A stretch of 64,000 nucleotides of DNA from an uncultured bacterium (GTDB lineage Bacteria; Bacillota_I; Bacilli_A; RFN20; CAG-826). The notes beneath the pieces were generated by a model, which saw only the letters and a program-made list of their open reading frames with translations, did not search any database and had not been told where the DNA came from. Where the stretch lies: positions 9,256 to 73,255 of the forward strand of contig CASEYK010000016.1 of assembly GCA_949292105.1 (NCBI GenBank), read 5' to 3'. Of the stretch, positions 1 through 8,862 are shown piece after piece (the stretch's first letter is position 1; every line of letters begins with the position of its first letter). The translations under genes were made by a program, and so were the position numbers.

Positions 1-414
1 CACGGTGGCCGAATTGGCAAATTGAGTGCTGTTATTGGCAAATTATTTCAAATCAATCCAATTATTGTTTTAAAGCATGGCGAGATATTCTCTGGCGGAA
101 TTGCCATTAAAAGAAAAAGAGCATTGTTATCTATTATAAGTAAGACAAAATTGTATTTTGAAAAACATAAACTAAAGTATGATGACTTCCGCTTTGTCAT
201 CGGCTATGGCCACGATAAAGATGAAGCTCTAAAATTTAAACAACTTGTCGATAAAGAACTTAATGTTGACTGTGACTTATCGCAAATTGGCATTACGATT
301 GCTGTCCATACCGGACCAGAACCACTCGGCCTAGCGTTTATGCGCAAGTTCGATCACCAATTTGCCGCTGAAGAAAAACCACAGATGAAATTGGCATCTT
401 CTAAGCAATCATAA
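1..414 (+). CDS. DegV-family fatty-acid-binding protein, C-terminal part (5' end lies upstream of the window)
   Basis: The reading frame is open back to nucleotide 1. The C-terminal sequence ...IGITIAVHTGPEPLGLAF... matches the conserved DegV C-terminal region. Confidence 0.6.
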   Translation, partial: HGGRIGKLSAVIGKLFQINPIIVLKHGEIFSGGIAIKRKRALLSIISKTKLYFEKHKLKYDDFRFVIGYGHDKDEALKFKQLVDKELNVDCDLSQIGITIAVHTGPEPLGLAFMRKFDHQFAAEEKPQMKLASSKQS

Positions 415-439
415 GAAACAATTAATAATTATTAATTAA

Positions 440-466
440 GAGGCGGTTTATCCGCCTTTTTGTTTT
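440..466 (+). terminator. Rho-independent terminator after degV
   Basis: GGCGG-TTTAT-CCGCC hairpin followed by TTTTTGTTTT, 25 nt after the stop codon. Confidence 0.6.
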
Positions 467-502
467 CTAGACATTTAGTTTTTGAATTTATAAAATCAAT
501 AT

Positions 503-1639
503 ATGAAGCAATGGATACAGAAACATAAATTTATTTTTATTCAACTGATAATATTAGGTGTTTTGCTTATTTTGTTGATTATTTTGTCTCTTTTTAAATT
601 AAGTCAAGATGTATCAGAATGGTGGACATTGACTTTTAATGCTTTTTATCGCGGCGTGTTCGCTCCTTTTAATCGGTTAATCCCTTTTTCTATTACTGAA
701 ATAACAATTGTTTTATTTATTCTAGCTTTAGTTGCTTTAATTGTTACTTCGATAGTGCTGGCATGCCAGAAAAAGAAAAAAACAGCTGCTCAAACGGCTC
801 TATTTATACCATTGCTTCTTGTTTTTGCTATTACTTTATATCAATCAACAGCAGGTATTGCTTACAGCCGTAAACCTTTGCCTCTCCATGTTTATGAAGG
901 AGAAGTCAGCAAAGATGATGCGCTAGATATATGCCAATACTTCGTCGATGATTTCAATCGCATTAGTCATCAACTTTCTTATGATGAAAGCGGAGAAGTT
1001 ATTTGTCCGTATACATTTGCAGAACTTAATGAACTCGTGATGAAAGAATATCAAAGAATTGATTCTACATACTTAATCGGTGGTTCATATATGTCAAAAA
1101 AGATGATTTTTCCATGGCTTTATTCAGAACTTCATATTACCGGTATGTTTTTTTCAATTACGACAGAGAGCATAATCAATTATTCTATTCCTAATAGTGA
1201 AATTCCTTTTACAATGCTACACGAAATCGCTCATTCAAAAGGAGTGATGAGAGAAAACGACGCTCAATTGTTAGCTATGTATTTATCGTTGACCAGTTCT
1301 AATGATTACATTCGCTATTCGGGATATATGAATACGATTTATTCTATGCTCAATCTTGCTCGTCAGATTGATGAGCAGCGCGGTATTGAAATTAATAATT
1401 CATTGACCAGTAACATCTTTAAAGAAAGTGCATATAACTCGAATTATTGGAAACAGTATCATATTTTGGATGATATTTCGACTTTCTTTAATGATTTGTA
1501 TTTATATATATTCTCAAATGATAACACGGGTAGTTATGTCGATAGTGGTTCAAGCGTAGGCGCTGATGGAACAATTTATTATTCAACCTACCAAAAGTTA
1601 TATTTTGGCGTTTATTTTGAAACCATTTATTTTGGATAA
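503..1639 (+). CDS. Membrane protein with an HExxH motif (DUF3810-like putative zinc metallopeptidase)
   Basis: N-terminal TM helix and a second TM segment. It has an MLHEIAHSKG (HExxH) motif and is ~378 aa, consistent with the DUF3810 family. Confidence 0.45.
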   Translation: MKQWIQKHKFIFIQLIILGVLLILLIILSLFKLSQDVSEWWTLTFNAFYRGVFAPFNRLIPFSITEITIVLFILALVALIVTSIVLACQKKKKTAAQTALFIPLLLVFAITLYQSTAGIAYSRKPLPLHVYEGEVSKDDALDICQYFVDDFNRISHQLSYDESGEVICPYTFAELNELVMKEYQRIDSTYLIGGSYMSKKMIFPWLYSELHITGMFFSITTESIINYSIPNSEIPFTMLHEIAHSKGVMRENDAQLLAMYLSLTSSNDYIRYSGYMNTIYSMLNLARQIDEQRGIEINNSLTSNIFKESAYNSNYWKQYHILDDISTFFNDLYLYIFSNDNTGSYVDSGSSVGADGTIYYSTYQKLYFGVYFETIYFG

Positions 1640-1683
1640 TTTTAATGATAGAATTAAATGACCAATTCTAGGAGGATAACATC

Positions 1684-1824
1684 ATGACACCAGAAGAGAA
1701 AAAAGTCCGCCGATTCCGCTGCATGGTCTGCGGATATGTTTACGAGGGAGATGAACTTCCTGAAGATTTTGTTTGCCCAGTTTGTGGACAACCAGCCTCG
1801 ATGTTTGAAGAAATTAAAGACTAA
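1684..1824 (+). CDS. Rubredoxin (46 aa; absent from the supplied ORF track)
   Basis: Translation is MTPEEKKVRRFRCMVCGYVYEGDELPEDFVCPVCGQPASMFEEIKD. It has two CxxCG knuckles (CMVCG..CPVCG) and aromatic core residues typical of rubredoxin. A GGAGGA SD lies 8 nt upstream of the ATG. Confidence 0.85.
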   Translation: MTPEEKKVRRFRCMVCGYVYEGDELPEDFVCPVCGQPASMFEEIKD

Positions 1825-1892
1825 GTTTTAAAATTTAAATTTAAAAACTGGCCTTTAATCGGTTATCATAATTAGTTAAAAAGGAGCACAAA

Positions 1893-3680
1893 GTGAAAAA
1901 GTATTTTTCTTTGATGTGGAAATTGATGAAAGGCCGACGCGTAGCGTATATTTTTTGTTTTGTCTTGTCGCTCCTTTATGTCTTTTTTACTGTTGTCTCA
2001 ACTTACACGACTAAAATTTTATCCGACGCCATTACCGGCGATATAACCGATGGTTCTAAATTGGGTCATTTTGGCGTTTTTATTACTAGCCTATATGGTG
2101 GGGCCGACTTTCTTGAAAACAACTTATGGATTTTTGCCGTCATTTTTGTATCTCTTGCCCTTATTTTAGCCGTTGTCACTTTTTTAAGAATCGTTTTAAG
2201 ATCGTACACATCGACAGGATTTGGCAAAAATACTCAAATGTTAATGTTTAATCATATTGAGGCACTGCCATATTCATTTTTAAAGAAATGTCAATCGGGT
2301 GATATCATCCAAACATGTACGCGCGACGAATCAGTTTTGAGGCGTTTTGCCATTATGCAAACTCTCAATGTTGCGCAAGCCATCTTTTTAGTTATCTTTT
2401 CCTTTTTCATCATTTTAGATTTGAATTACCAATTAGCATTAGTCAGTATTGCTATCATGCTGCCTTTATTTATTTATTCGGCTTTTATGATCAACGAGAT
2501 TCGCAAGCGATATCGACGCACCGATGATAGTGAAGGCCAAATGATTGCTAAGATTGAAGAAAATTTAAGCGCTGTTCGCATTGTAAAAGCATACAACAAC
2601 GAGCGATATGAAATCGATGATTTCGAAAGATATTTATCTGATTATAAACGCAAATATAAGAAGTGGCGTATGGTGTCTAGTCTATTTTGGTCATCATCCG
2701 ATATTCTTGTCTTCGGCCAAATTGCTCTTTCGGCATTAGTCGGTTTAGTTTTTGTTGTTAATGGTACAGTTTCTTTAGGAACATATATTGTTACTAACTC
2801 ATTTGTAACGATGGTCGTTTGGCCGCTCCGCGATATGGCAACTATTTTCGCTGATTTTGCGAGGGCAATCGTTGCTGTCGACCGCATCAACCTAGTAATA
2901 AATGAACCTATTGAAGATACAATTTCAGGTGACAAACCACCTATTCATGGCGATATTGAATTCAAAGATGTTTCTTTTAAATATGATGATGGCGATGAAG
3001 ATGTTTTAGATGGATTATCTTTTCATATCAAGCAAGGACAAACCGTTGCAATCATGGGCAAAACTGGTTCTGGCAAATCAACTATCGCTCAACTGTTAAC
3101 GCGCTTATATGATAACCAAAAGGGATCAATCATTATTGATGGAGTCAATATCCAAGATATTCAAAAAGAGCATTTGCGAAAAAATGTGTGTTGTGTTCTT
3201 CAAGAGTCATTCCTTTTTTCGCGCACAATCAAAAACAACATACGAATTGCTCATAAAGATGCAACAGATGAAGAAGTTACAAGTGTAGCCAAAATTGCCG
3301 ATGTTCACGATTCTATTATGTCATTTGAACAGCAATATGAAACGCCCGTTGGTGAAAATGGTGTGACTTTGTCTGGTGGCCAAAAGCAGCGTATAGCGAT
3401 GGCGAGATCGCTGCTAAGCAATCCCCCAATCATTATCTTTGATGATTCTTTTTCAGCTGTCGATACCGAAACTGATATTCGCATCCGTGAAGCACTTCAT
3501 AAATATAAAAAACAAACAACTACCATTATAATTACTCACCGTATCGCGACGGCTCATGAAGCTGATCAAATTATTGTTATTGATAAAGGTAAGGTTAGCC
3601 AAAGCGGTACGCATGAGCAGCTTCTCCAAGAAGAAGGTCTATACAAAAAACTTTACGATATTCAGACAAGGATGGTTTAA
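1893..3680 (+). CDS. ABC exporter permease/ATPase fusion, subunit 1 of a heterodimeric pair (non-canonical Walker B: IIIFDD)
   Basis: N-terminal six-TM domain. Walker A is GKTGSGKST and the signature is LSGGQKQR. Walker B reads IIIFDDSFSAVD (catalytic Glu replaced by Asp), and the H-loop is ITHRIAT. GTG start preceded by AAAGGAG. Confidence 0.85.
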   Translation: MKKYFSLMWKLMKGRRVAYIFCFVLSLLYVFFTVVSTYTTKILSDAITGDITDGSKLGHFGVFITSLYGGADFLENNLWIFAVIFVSLALILAVVTFLRIVLRSYTSTGFGKNTQMLMFNHIEALPYSFLKKCQSGDIIQTCTRDESVLRRFAIMQTLNVAQAIFLVIFSFFIILDLNYQLALVSIAIMLPLFIYSAFMINEIRKRYRRTDDSEGQMIAKIEENLSAVRIVKAYNNERYEIDDFERYLSDYKRKYKKWRMVSSLFWSSSDILVFGQIALSALVGLVFVVNGTVSLGTYIVTNSFVTMVVWPLRDMATIFADFARAIVAVDRINLVINEPIEDTISGDKPPIHGDIEFKDVSFKYDDGDEDVLDGLSFHIKQGQTVAIMGKTGSGKSTIAQLLTRLYDNQKGSIIIDGVNIQDIQKEHLRKNVCCVLQESFLFSRTIKNNIRIAHKDATDEEVTSVAKIADVHDSIMSFEQQYETPVGENGVTLSGGQKQRIAMARSLLSNPPIIIFDDSFSAVDTETDIRIREALHKYKKQTTTIIITHRIATAHEADQIIVIDKGKVSQSGTHEQLLQEEGLYKKLYDIQTRMV

Positions 3681-3683
3681 ACA

Positions 3684-5621
3684 GTGGCGAACGCATTTGT
3701 CTTCCAAGAAGAGAAAACACCAAAGAAGTTTAATCTATTAACTTGGGTGAGCATATCCAAGTATATTTTCCGTTGTTGGAAATATCTTCTCTTTGTCTTT
3801 TTGGCGATGATAGTGACTTCATTTATCGATTCTTCTTGTTTCCCGCTTTTATCTGCATCCATTATTTCGACGCTTCAAGGTCCTCACTCTTCAAATATTA
3901 ATGATTTGGTTATCCATGTATCTTTCATTTTTGGAATTCAATTCGATTTAAGTTTTTGGGGCGTCTGCATTTTCTATGTTGTCTCAATCATCATTCGCTC
4001 CGTTGGTATTTTTATTAATTTCTATCTATCAAATCTCATGGTTATGCATGTCGTTGTTGATCTTCGTCGCGATTCATTTAGAAAAGTTCAAGAATTATCC
4101 TTTTCATATTACGATAAGACACCGAGCGGATGGCTTATCGCCCGCATGGGCAGTGACTGCTCAGATATCGCCGATATGATTAGCAATGGCTTTATATCTT
4201 TATTATGGATTTTCTTTGATTTATTTTTCATCTTGGTCAGTATGTTTTCATATAATGTTGCCCTCTCATTTTTAGTTCTTGCCATTACTCCAATTCTCAT
4301 CATTGTAATTCCGATTTTTGAACGCATTGTTTTAAAATTACACCGCATTGCTCGCAATTCTTATTCTAACTTTGTCCGTTGGTTAGCTGAATGCATTAAT
4401 GGTGCAAAAACGATAAAAATATTGGCGATTGAAAGGGAAATTCATCGCGAAGCAGACGAAATTACTGAAGATATTCGTAAAAAAAGAAGAAGAGCTATGA
4501 CATTCAATGGATTCTTTATTCCTATTGTTTCTATCGCTTCAGCTATTACCTCTGGTTTAATCATTATTGTCGGCGAATATGTTTTGCATTTGCGCTCAGA
4601 TGTGACAGGCAGCATCGCCATTTTTACTTTCTTTATTTCTTGCTGTTCATCTATTTATACTCCTATTACCCAATTCACCGATTTATTCTCAGAGTTTATG
4701 TCAACGCAAGCGAGCGTGGAGAAAGTTTTATCACTGATTAACACTAAACCGCAAATCGTCGATAGAGAAGATGTTGTAGCAAAGTATGGAGGCTTATTTG
4801 ATAATAAAGTCGAAAATTTTGAACCGATGCACGGCAAAATTGAGTTTAAAGATATTAGTTTTCATTACGCCGATAATCCAGATGTAATTTCCCACTTCAA
4901 TTTAAAAATAAATCCAGGCGAAAGTGTAGCAATCGTGGGCGAAACTGGAAGTGGTAAGACAACAGTTGTTAATTTGCTCTGTCGTTTCTATGAACCGAGC
5001 AGTGGCGAGTTACTCATCGATGATATTGACTATCGAAATCGCAGCGTTGGTTGGATTAGAAGCAACATTGGTTATGTTCAACAAAATCCGTTCGTTTTTA
5101 ACGCCACCTATTTTGATAATTTGCGATATGGCAATATGAATGCCACTGAAGAAGAAATTATTGATGTTTGTAAAATTGTTGGCATTGATGATTTTATTCG
5201 CTCTCAACCTCAAGGATATAATTCCAAACTCGATGATGGTGGCAACCAGCTTTCAACTGGCCAAAAACAATTAATTTCATTTGCTCGTGCTCTTTTGAGA
5301 AAACCACAAATCATTATTTTGGATGAAGCAACAAGTTCAATTGATACAGAGACCGAATATAACATTCAAAAAATGATCGGGTCTTTTCTAAAAGATCGAA
5401 CATCAATTATTATTGCTCACCGTCTTTCGACTGTTGTTGAAGCGGACCGCATTATCGTTTTGGACAAAGGCAAGATTGTCGAAGAAGGCAATCATACTCA
5501 GCTCATCGAAAAGAAAGGATGGTATCATCATTTGTATATGAATCAGTTCAAAGAATTAAATATCGATGAGCAAATTCAAACTTATGAAGAACAGATCGAA
5601 AAAAAGAAAATTAAGTTATAA
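3684..5621 (+). CDS. ABC exporter permease/ATPase fusion, subunit 2 of a heterodimeric pair
   Basis: TM domain plus NBD. Walker A is GETGSGKTT. The signature is the variant LSTGQKQL. Walker B is the canonical IIILDEATSSID, and the H-loop is IAHRLST. It starts 3 nt after subunit 1 (GTG; an internal ATG alternatives exist). Confidence 0.85.
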   Translation: MANAFVFQEEKTPKKFNLLTWVSISKYIFRCWKYLLFVFLAMIVTSFIDSSCFPLLSASIISTLQGPHSSNINDLVIHVSFIFGIQFDLSFWGVCIFYVVSIIIRSVGIFINFYLSNLMVMHVVVDLRRDSFRKVQELSFSYYDKTPSGWLIARMGSDCSDIADMISNGFISLLWIFFDLFFILVSMFSYNVALSFLVLAITPILIIVIPIFERIVLKLHRIARNSYSNFVRWLAECINGAKTIKILAIEREIHREADEITEDIRKKRRRAMTFNGFFIPIVSIASAITSGLIIIVGEYVLHLRSDVTGSIAIFTFFISCCSSIYTPITQFTDLFSEFMSTQASVEKVLSLINTKPQIVDREDVVAKYGGLFDNKVENFEPMHGKIEFKDISFHYADNPDVISHFNLKINPGESVAIVGETGSGKTTVVNLLCRFYEPSSGELLIDDIDYRNRSVGWIRSNIGYVQQNPFVFNATYFDNLRYGNMNATEEEIIDVCKIVGIDDFIRSQPQGYNSKLDDGGNQLSTGQKQLISFARALLRKPQIIILDEATSSIDTETEYNIQKMIGSFLKDRTSIIIAHRLSTVVEADRIIVLDKGKIVEEGNHTQLIEKKGWYHHLYMNQFKELNIDEQIQTYEEQIEKKKIKL

Positions 5622-5650
5622 TAGAAATAGATAATAGTTGGATTAGTTAA

Positions 5651-6616
5651 ATGCCTCATATTCTTACCCATTACATCGTTATGGATCTTCTCTTAAACAA
5701 AGAAGAAAAGAATCGCCAAGCAGCTCTTGTTGGCGCGCAGGGACCAGATCCTTTTTATTATTATGGCATTGGCGATTTAGTCAAAAAACATAACGAAGAC
5801 GAGGTGCGAGATTTTGGTCATTTGCTCCATCATCACGACATTGCTCCCATTATCAGTTTTATGGTTGAATATATGAACAATCAAAAGAACGATTGGAGTT
5901 ACTTAGTTCTTAAACAATATATAAAAGGTTTCCTTTTGCATTATTGCATCGATCGAAACACCCACCCTTATATTTTTTATCGTACTGGTTTTACAACTGG
6001 AAGAGACATGAACAGCGCGAAATACAATTGGTTTCACGCTGTTTTTGAGTGCCATCTCGATGTTTTATTCCGCAAAAGGTATAACATTCATAATTTTAAC
6101 CCAAAGACTTGTCTTGCTCTTTCTAACAAGCAATTAAAGACTATTTCACTCATGTATTATCATTTGGCAAGGCAACTTTTTCCAACAGCGACTTATATCA
6201 CGCGTCACACTTTTTATCAAAGCGTAAAATGTATGAAGCGTGTTAATAGTTTCTTATATTCCCCAACTGGAGTGAAAAAAAGGCATTTTGAAAAACATAA
6301 TTTCTTTACTCTAAAAAATGCATTATGCCACCCTTTGAAAGTTGACGATGACAATAAAGTCGATTATTTAAACAATTCACATTCGATATGGAAAGACCCA
6401 ACAAGTGGGCAAGAACATGATTCTTCTTTTATTGATATGATTGAAGAAGCTAAAAAAGAATATAAAGAGATGATTCCTATTCTTGAATTTAAGCAGCCAG
6501 AACTCATAAAACATTATGCGTTAAAATTTTCAAAAAGTATTGACCACGACGGAAAACCTCTTAAATCAACAAAATATTATTTTGATGTTTTTTATAAAGA
6601 TGATTTTCCTTTATAA
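5651..6616 (+). CDS. Zinc-dependent phospholipase C-like family protein (cytoplasmic, no signal peptide)
   Basis: N-terminal His (MPHILTHY), HLLHHH, and GFLLHYCIDRNTHPY (an H-x3-D-x5-H pattern like the PLC zinc ligands). No signal sequence is present. Confidence 0.4.
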   Translation: MPHILTHYIVMDLLLNKEEKNRQAALVGAQGPDPFYYYGIGDLVKKHNEDEVRDFGHLLHHHDIAPIISFMVEYMNNQKNDWSYLVLKQYIKGFLLHYCIDRNTHPYIFYRTGFTTGRDMNSAKYNWFHAVFECHLDVLFRKRYNIHNFNPKTCLALSNKQLKTISLMYYHLARQLFPTATYITRHTFYQSVKCMKRVNSFLYSPTGVKKRHFEKHNFFTLKNALCHPLKVDDDNKVDYLNNSHSIWKDPTSGQEHDSSFIDMIEEAKKEYKEMIPILEFKQPELIKHYALKFSKSIDHDGKPLKSTKYYFDVFYKDDFPL

Positions 6617-6661
6617 TAAAAGAACGAAGTTTTTTTACTTCTACAAAGAAGGGAGAAAATT

Positions 6662-8266
6662 ATGAAAGGAAAATTTTATTTTATTCCAGCAGTTGCAATT
6701 ATCGCTATGTTAGTTTCTGGTTGTTCTATTTATCGATTTGGTGATAGTTCTTCAAACACATCAGATACAAATAGCGGCACTGATTATTCTGACAATTCTT
6801 CAGTTGGTCAAGACTCATCCGATGATAGTTCAATTGACATTAGTATTTCAATTGATTCATCCGATAATTCAGAGAATAGTGGTAATTACGATCGCTTATC
6901 CCACCCGACTGGTAATACTTATCACGATTTAGGCCAAAATTCTTATTATTCAACCTATTATGCACCTTGTGAAGGCGATTCAAATATTCTCGTTATTCCA
7001 GTCACAATCAAAGGATATGAATCAAAGGCGACAACCGCTAATAAACAAAAAATCGAAAAAGCTTTTTTTGGTACTTCCGAAGATACTGGATGGGAGTCTG
7101 TCAAAAGTTATTTTTATAAATCGTCTTATGGCAATTTAAATATTAGCGGAGATGTGACCGATTGGTTTGAAATTGGGCTCACTCCAAAACAAGTTTATGA
7201 AAAAAACGATAATGAATACGGCGATGGTGGAACTTTTTATGTTTTAAACAAAGCTGTTGAATGGGCGAAAACGCAAGGATATGACATGAAAGACTACGAT
7301 GTTGATAAAGACGGTTATATCGATTGTGTTTGGCTCGTATACTCTTGTCCATACGAAGTGAGTATTTCAGGCGTGAGCAGTGATGACAACCCATTTTGGG
7401 CGTTTACATATTGGGATTATTCTAATGTCTATGCTTCACCAAGCGTTTCTAATCCTATCACAAACACATATGCTTGGGCGTCTATTGATTTTATGAACGA
7501 TGGAACCTCGAGCAATATTACAATTGATGCTCATACATACATCCATGAGCATGGCCATGTCATTGGTTTAGATGATTATTACGATTATGATGGACTTCAT
7601 TCGCCATTAGGCCGATATGACATGCAAGACTGCAATGTGGGCGACCATAATGCATATTCTAAATTTGCTTTTGGTTGGACTACTCCTTATGTTGTGAAAG
7701 GTGATGCAACCATTACTATTAATCCTTCATCGAGCAGTGGCCATTCGATTATTTTGGCCAATCCGTCCGAAGCAGATAATATTACTCATGCTTTTAATGA
7801 ATATTTAATTTTGGAACTTCTTACTCCCGACGGATTATGGGAAAAAGACGCTACTTATTCTTATTCTGGATACGGTAAAACCTATTCAACTCCAGGTGTA
7901 AGAATTTTGCATGTAGATGGAAGATTATTAAATTCACGCAACTCCTTCGTTGATGGTGTGACTGATTCGGTGAGACATGCGTTCAGTAATACTCCTTCTT
8001 ATAGTTATAGTTCTGGAACAAGGAGTTTAAGACAGGATTTAGTTGCTCTTATTCCGGCCGATAAATCTACTAAATTCCAAACTAGTTATTCTGCTGCCGG
8101 TTCTTCATCCACGCTATTTAAGACCGGCGATTCATTTAGTGTCTCTGAGTATTCTAGTTTCTTTTCTAATCAAAAATTACATAACGGAACAACCATTCCT
8201 TACGAGATTACATTTGAAAATGTCAGTGCGGAAAGTGCTACCATTACATTTAAATTGATTGGATAA
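6662..8266 (+). CDS. Secreted zinc metalloprotease lipoprotein (HExxH + GLDDYYD motif, M6/InhA-like) with a Ser/Asp-rich linker
   Basis: Signal peptide with an LVSGC lipobox. A ~60-aa low-complexity S/D/N-rich region follows. The motif HTYIHEHGHVIGLDDYYDYDG resembles the M6 immune-inhibitor-A consensus HExxH..GLxDEYD. Confidence 0.5.
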   Translation: MKGKFYFIPAVAIIAMLVSGCSIYRFGDSSSNTSDTNSGTDYSDNSSVGQDSSDDSSIDISISIDSSDNSENSGNYDRLSHPTGNTYHDLGQNSYYSTYYAPCEGDSNILVIPVTIKGYESKATTANKQKIEKAFFGTSEDTGWESVKSYFYKSSYGNLNISGDVTDWFEIGLTPKQVYEKNDNEYGDGGTFYVLNKAVEWAKTQGYDMKDYDVDKDGYIDCVWLVYSCPYEVSISGVSSDDNPFWAFTYWDYSNVYASPSVSNPITNTYAWASIDFMNDGTSSNITIDAHTYIHEHGHVIGLDDYYDYDGLHSPLGRYDMQDCNVGDHNAYSKFAFGWTTPYVVKGDATITINPSSSSGHSIILANPSEADNITHAFNEYLILELLTPDGLWEKDATYSYSGYGKTYSTPGVRILHVDGRLLNSRNSFVDGVTDSVRHAFSNTPSYSYSSGTRSLRQDLVALIPADKSTKFQTSYSAAGSSSTLFKTGDSFSVSEYSSFFSNQKLHNGTTIPYEITFENVSAESATITFKLIG

Positions 8267-8277
8267 TAAATAATAAG

Positions 8278-8859
8278 ATGGAAGAGAAAATTTGTAAAAA
8301 GAGATCATATCAAGTAGTTGAAGCTCTTGATGAATTCAATTTTGTTGTTGAAAGAAAGAAAAAACGTTTTTTGTTTGTCGATTATCAAAATCGCAGTGAT
8401 GAATTCCAATTATTTGTCCTAGCGTATAAAAAGTTGAAAACAACCGGCATTAGAATTCCAAAAGTTTATCGTATCGATATAAAAAATCAAAATGTTGTGA
8501 TGGAGTGTGTTATTGGTCCGACCGCTCTTGATGTTTTAATTGAACATGATTTAGATGACTCATACTATGAACAGATTTTTATCTTAGCTTGGTCAGCTAA
8601 AGTAGAGGAATTAATGCTGGATTTTGATCCAAAAAACTTTATCATGCACGATGGTCTTTTATATTATATGGGTTTTAAATTCAGTGTTTATGATCCAAAG
8701 AATCCATTCCAATTAAATGCTATTTATTATTGGTTTTATACAAAACAGTTTGTGGAATACTTAAAAGAACATAATTTGCCTTATGATCAGTCACGATTAA
8801 AAGATGAATATTCAATTAATCGCGAAATAGCTTTAAAAATAGTAAAATATTATCGGTAA
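8278..8859 (+). CDS. Hypothetical cytoplasmic protein (193 aa), probably co-transcribed with prs
   Basis: ORF with a 3-nt gap to the next gene. No recognisable motif apart from DFDPKNFIMHDG, which loosely resembles a kinase-like catalytic loop. Confidence 0.4.
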   Translation: MEEKICKKRSYQVVEALDEFNFVVERKKKRFLFVDYQNRSDEFQLFVLAYKKLKTTGIRIPKVYRIDIKNQNVVMECVIGPTALDVLIEHDLDDSYYEQIFILAWSAKVEELMLDFDPKNFIMHDGLLYYMGFKFSVYDPKNPFQLNAIYYWFYTKQFVEYLKEHNLPYDQSRLKDEYSINREIALKIVKYYR

Positions 8860-8862
8860 TCT

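Noticed and set aside
2315-2935. Small ORFs inside and antisense to the first ABC exporter gene (2315..2527 +, 2642..2935 -)
   Set aside because: Nested in a gene with clear ABC transporter motifs. No start-site signals. Spurious.
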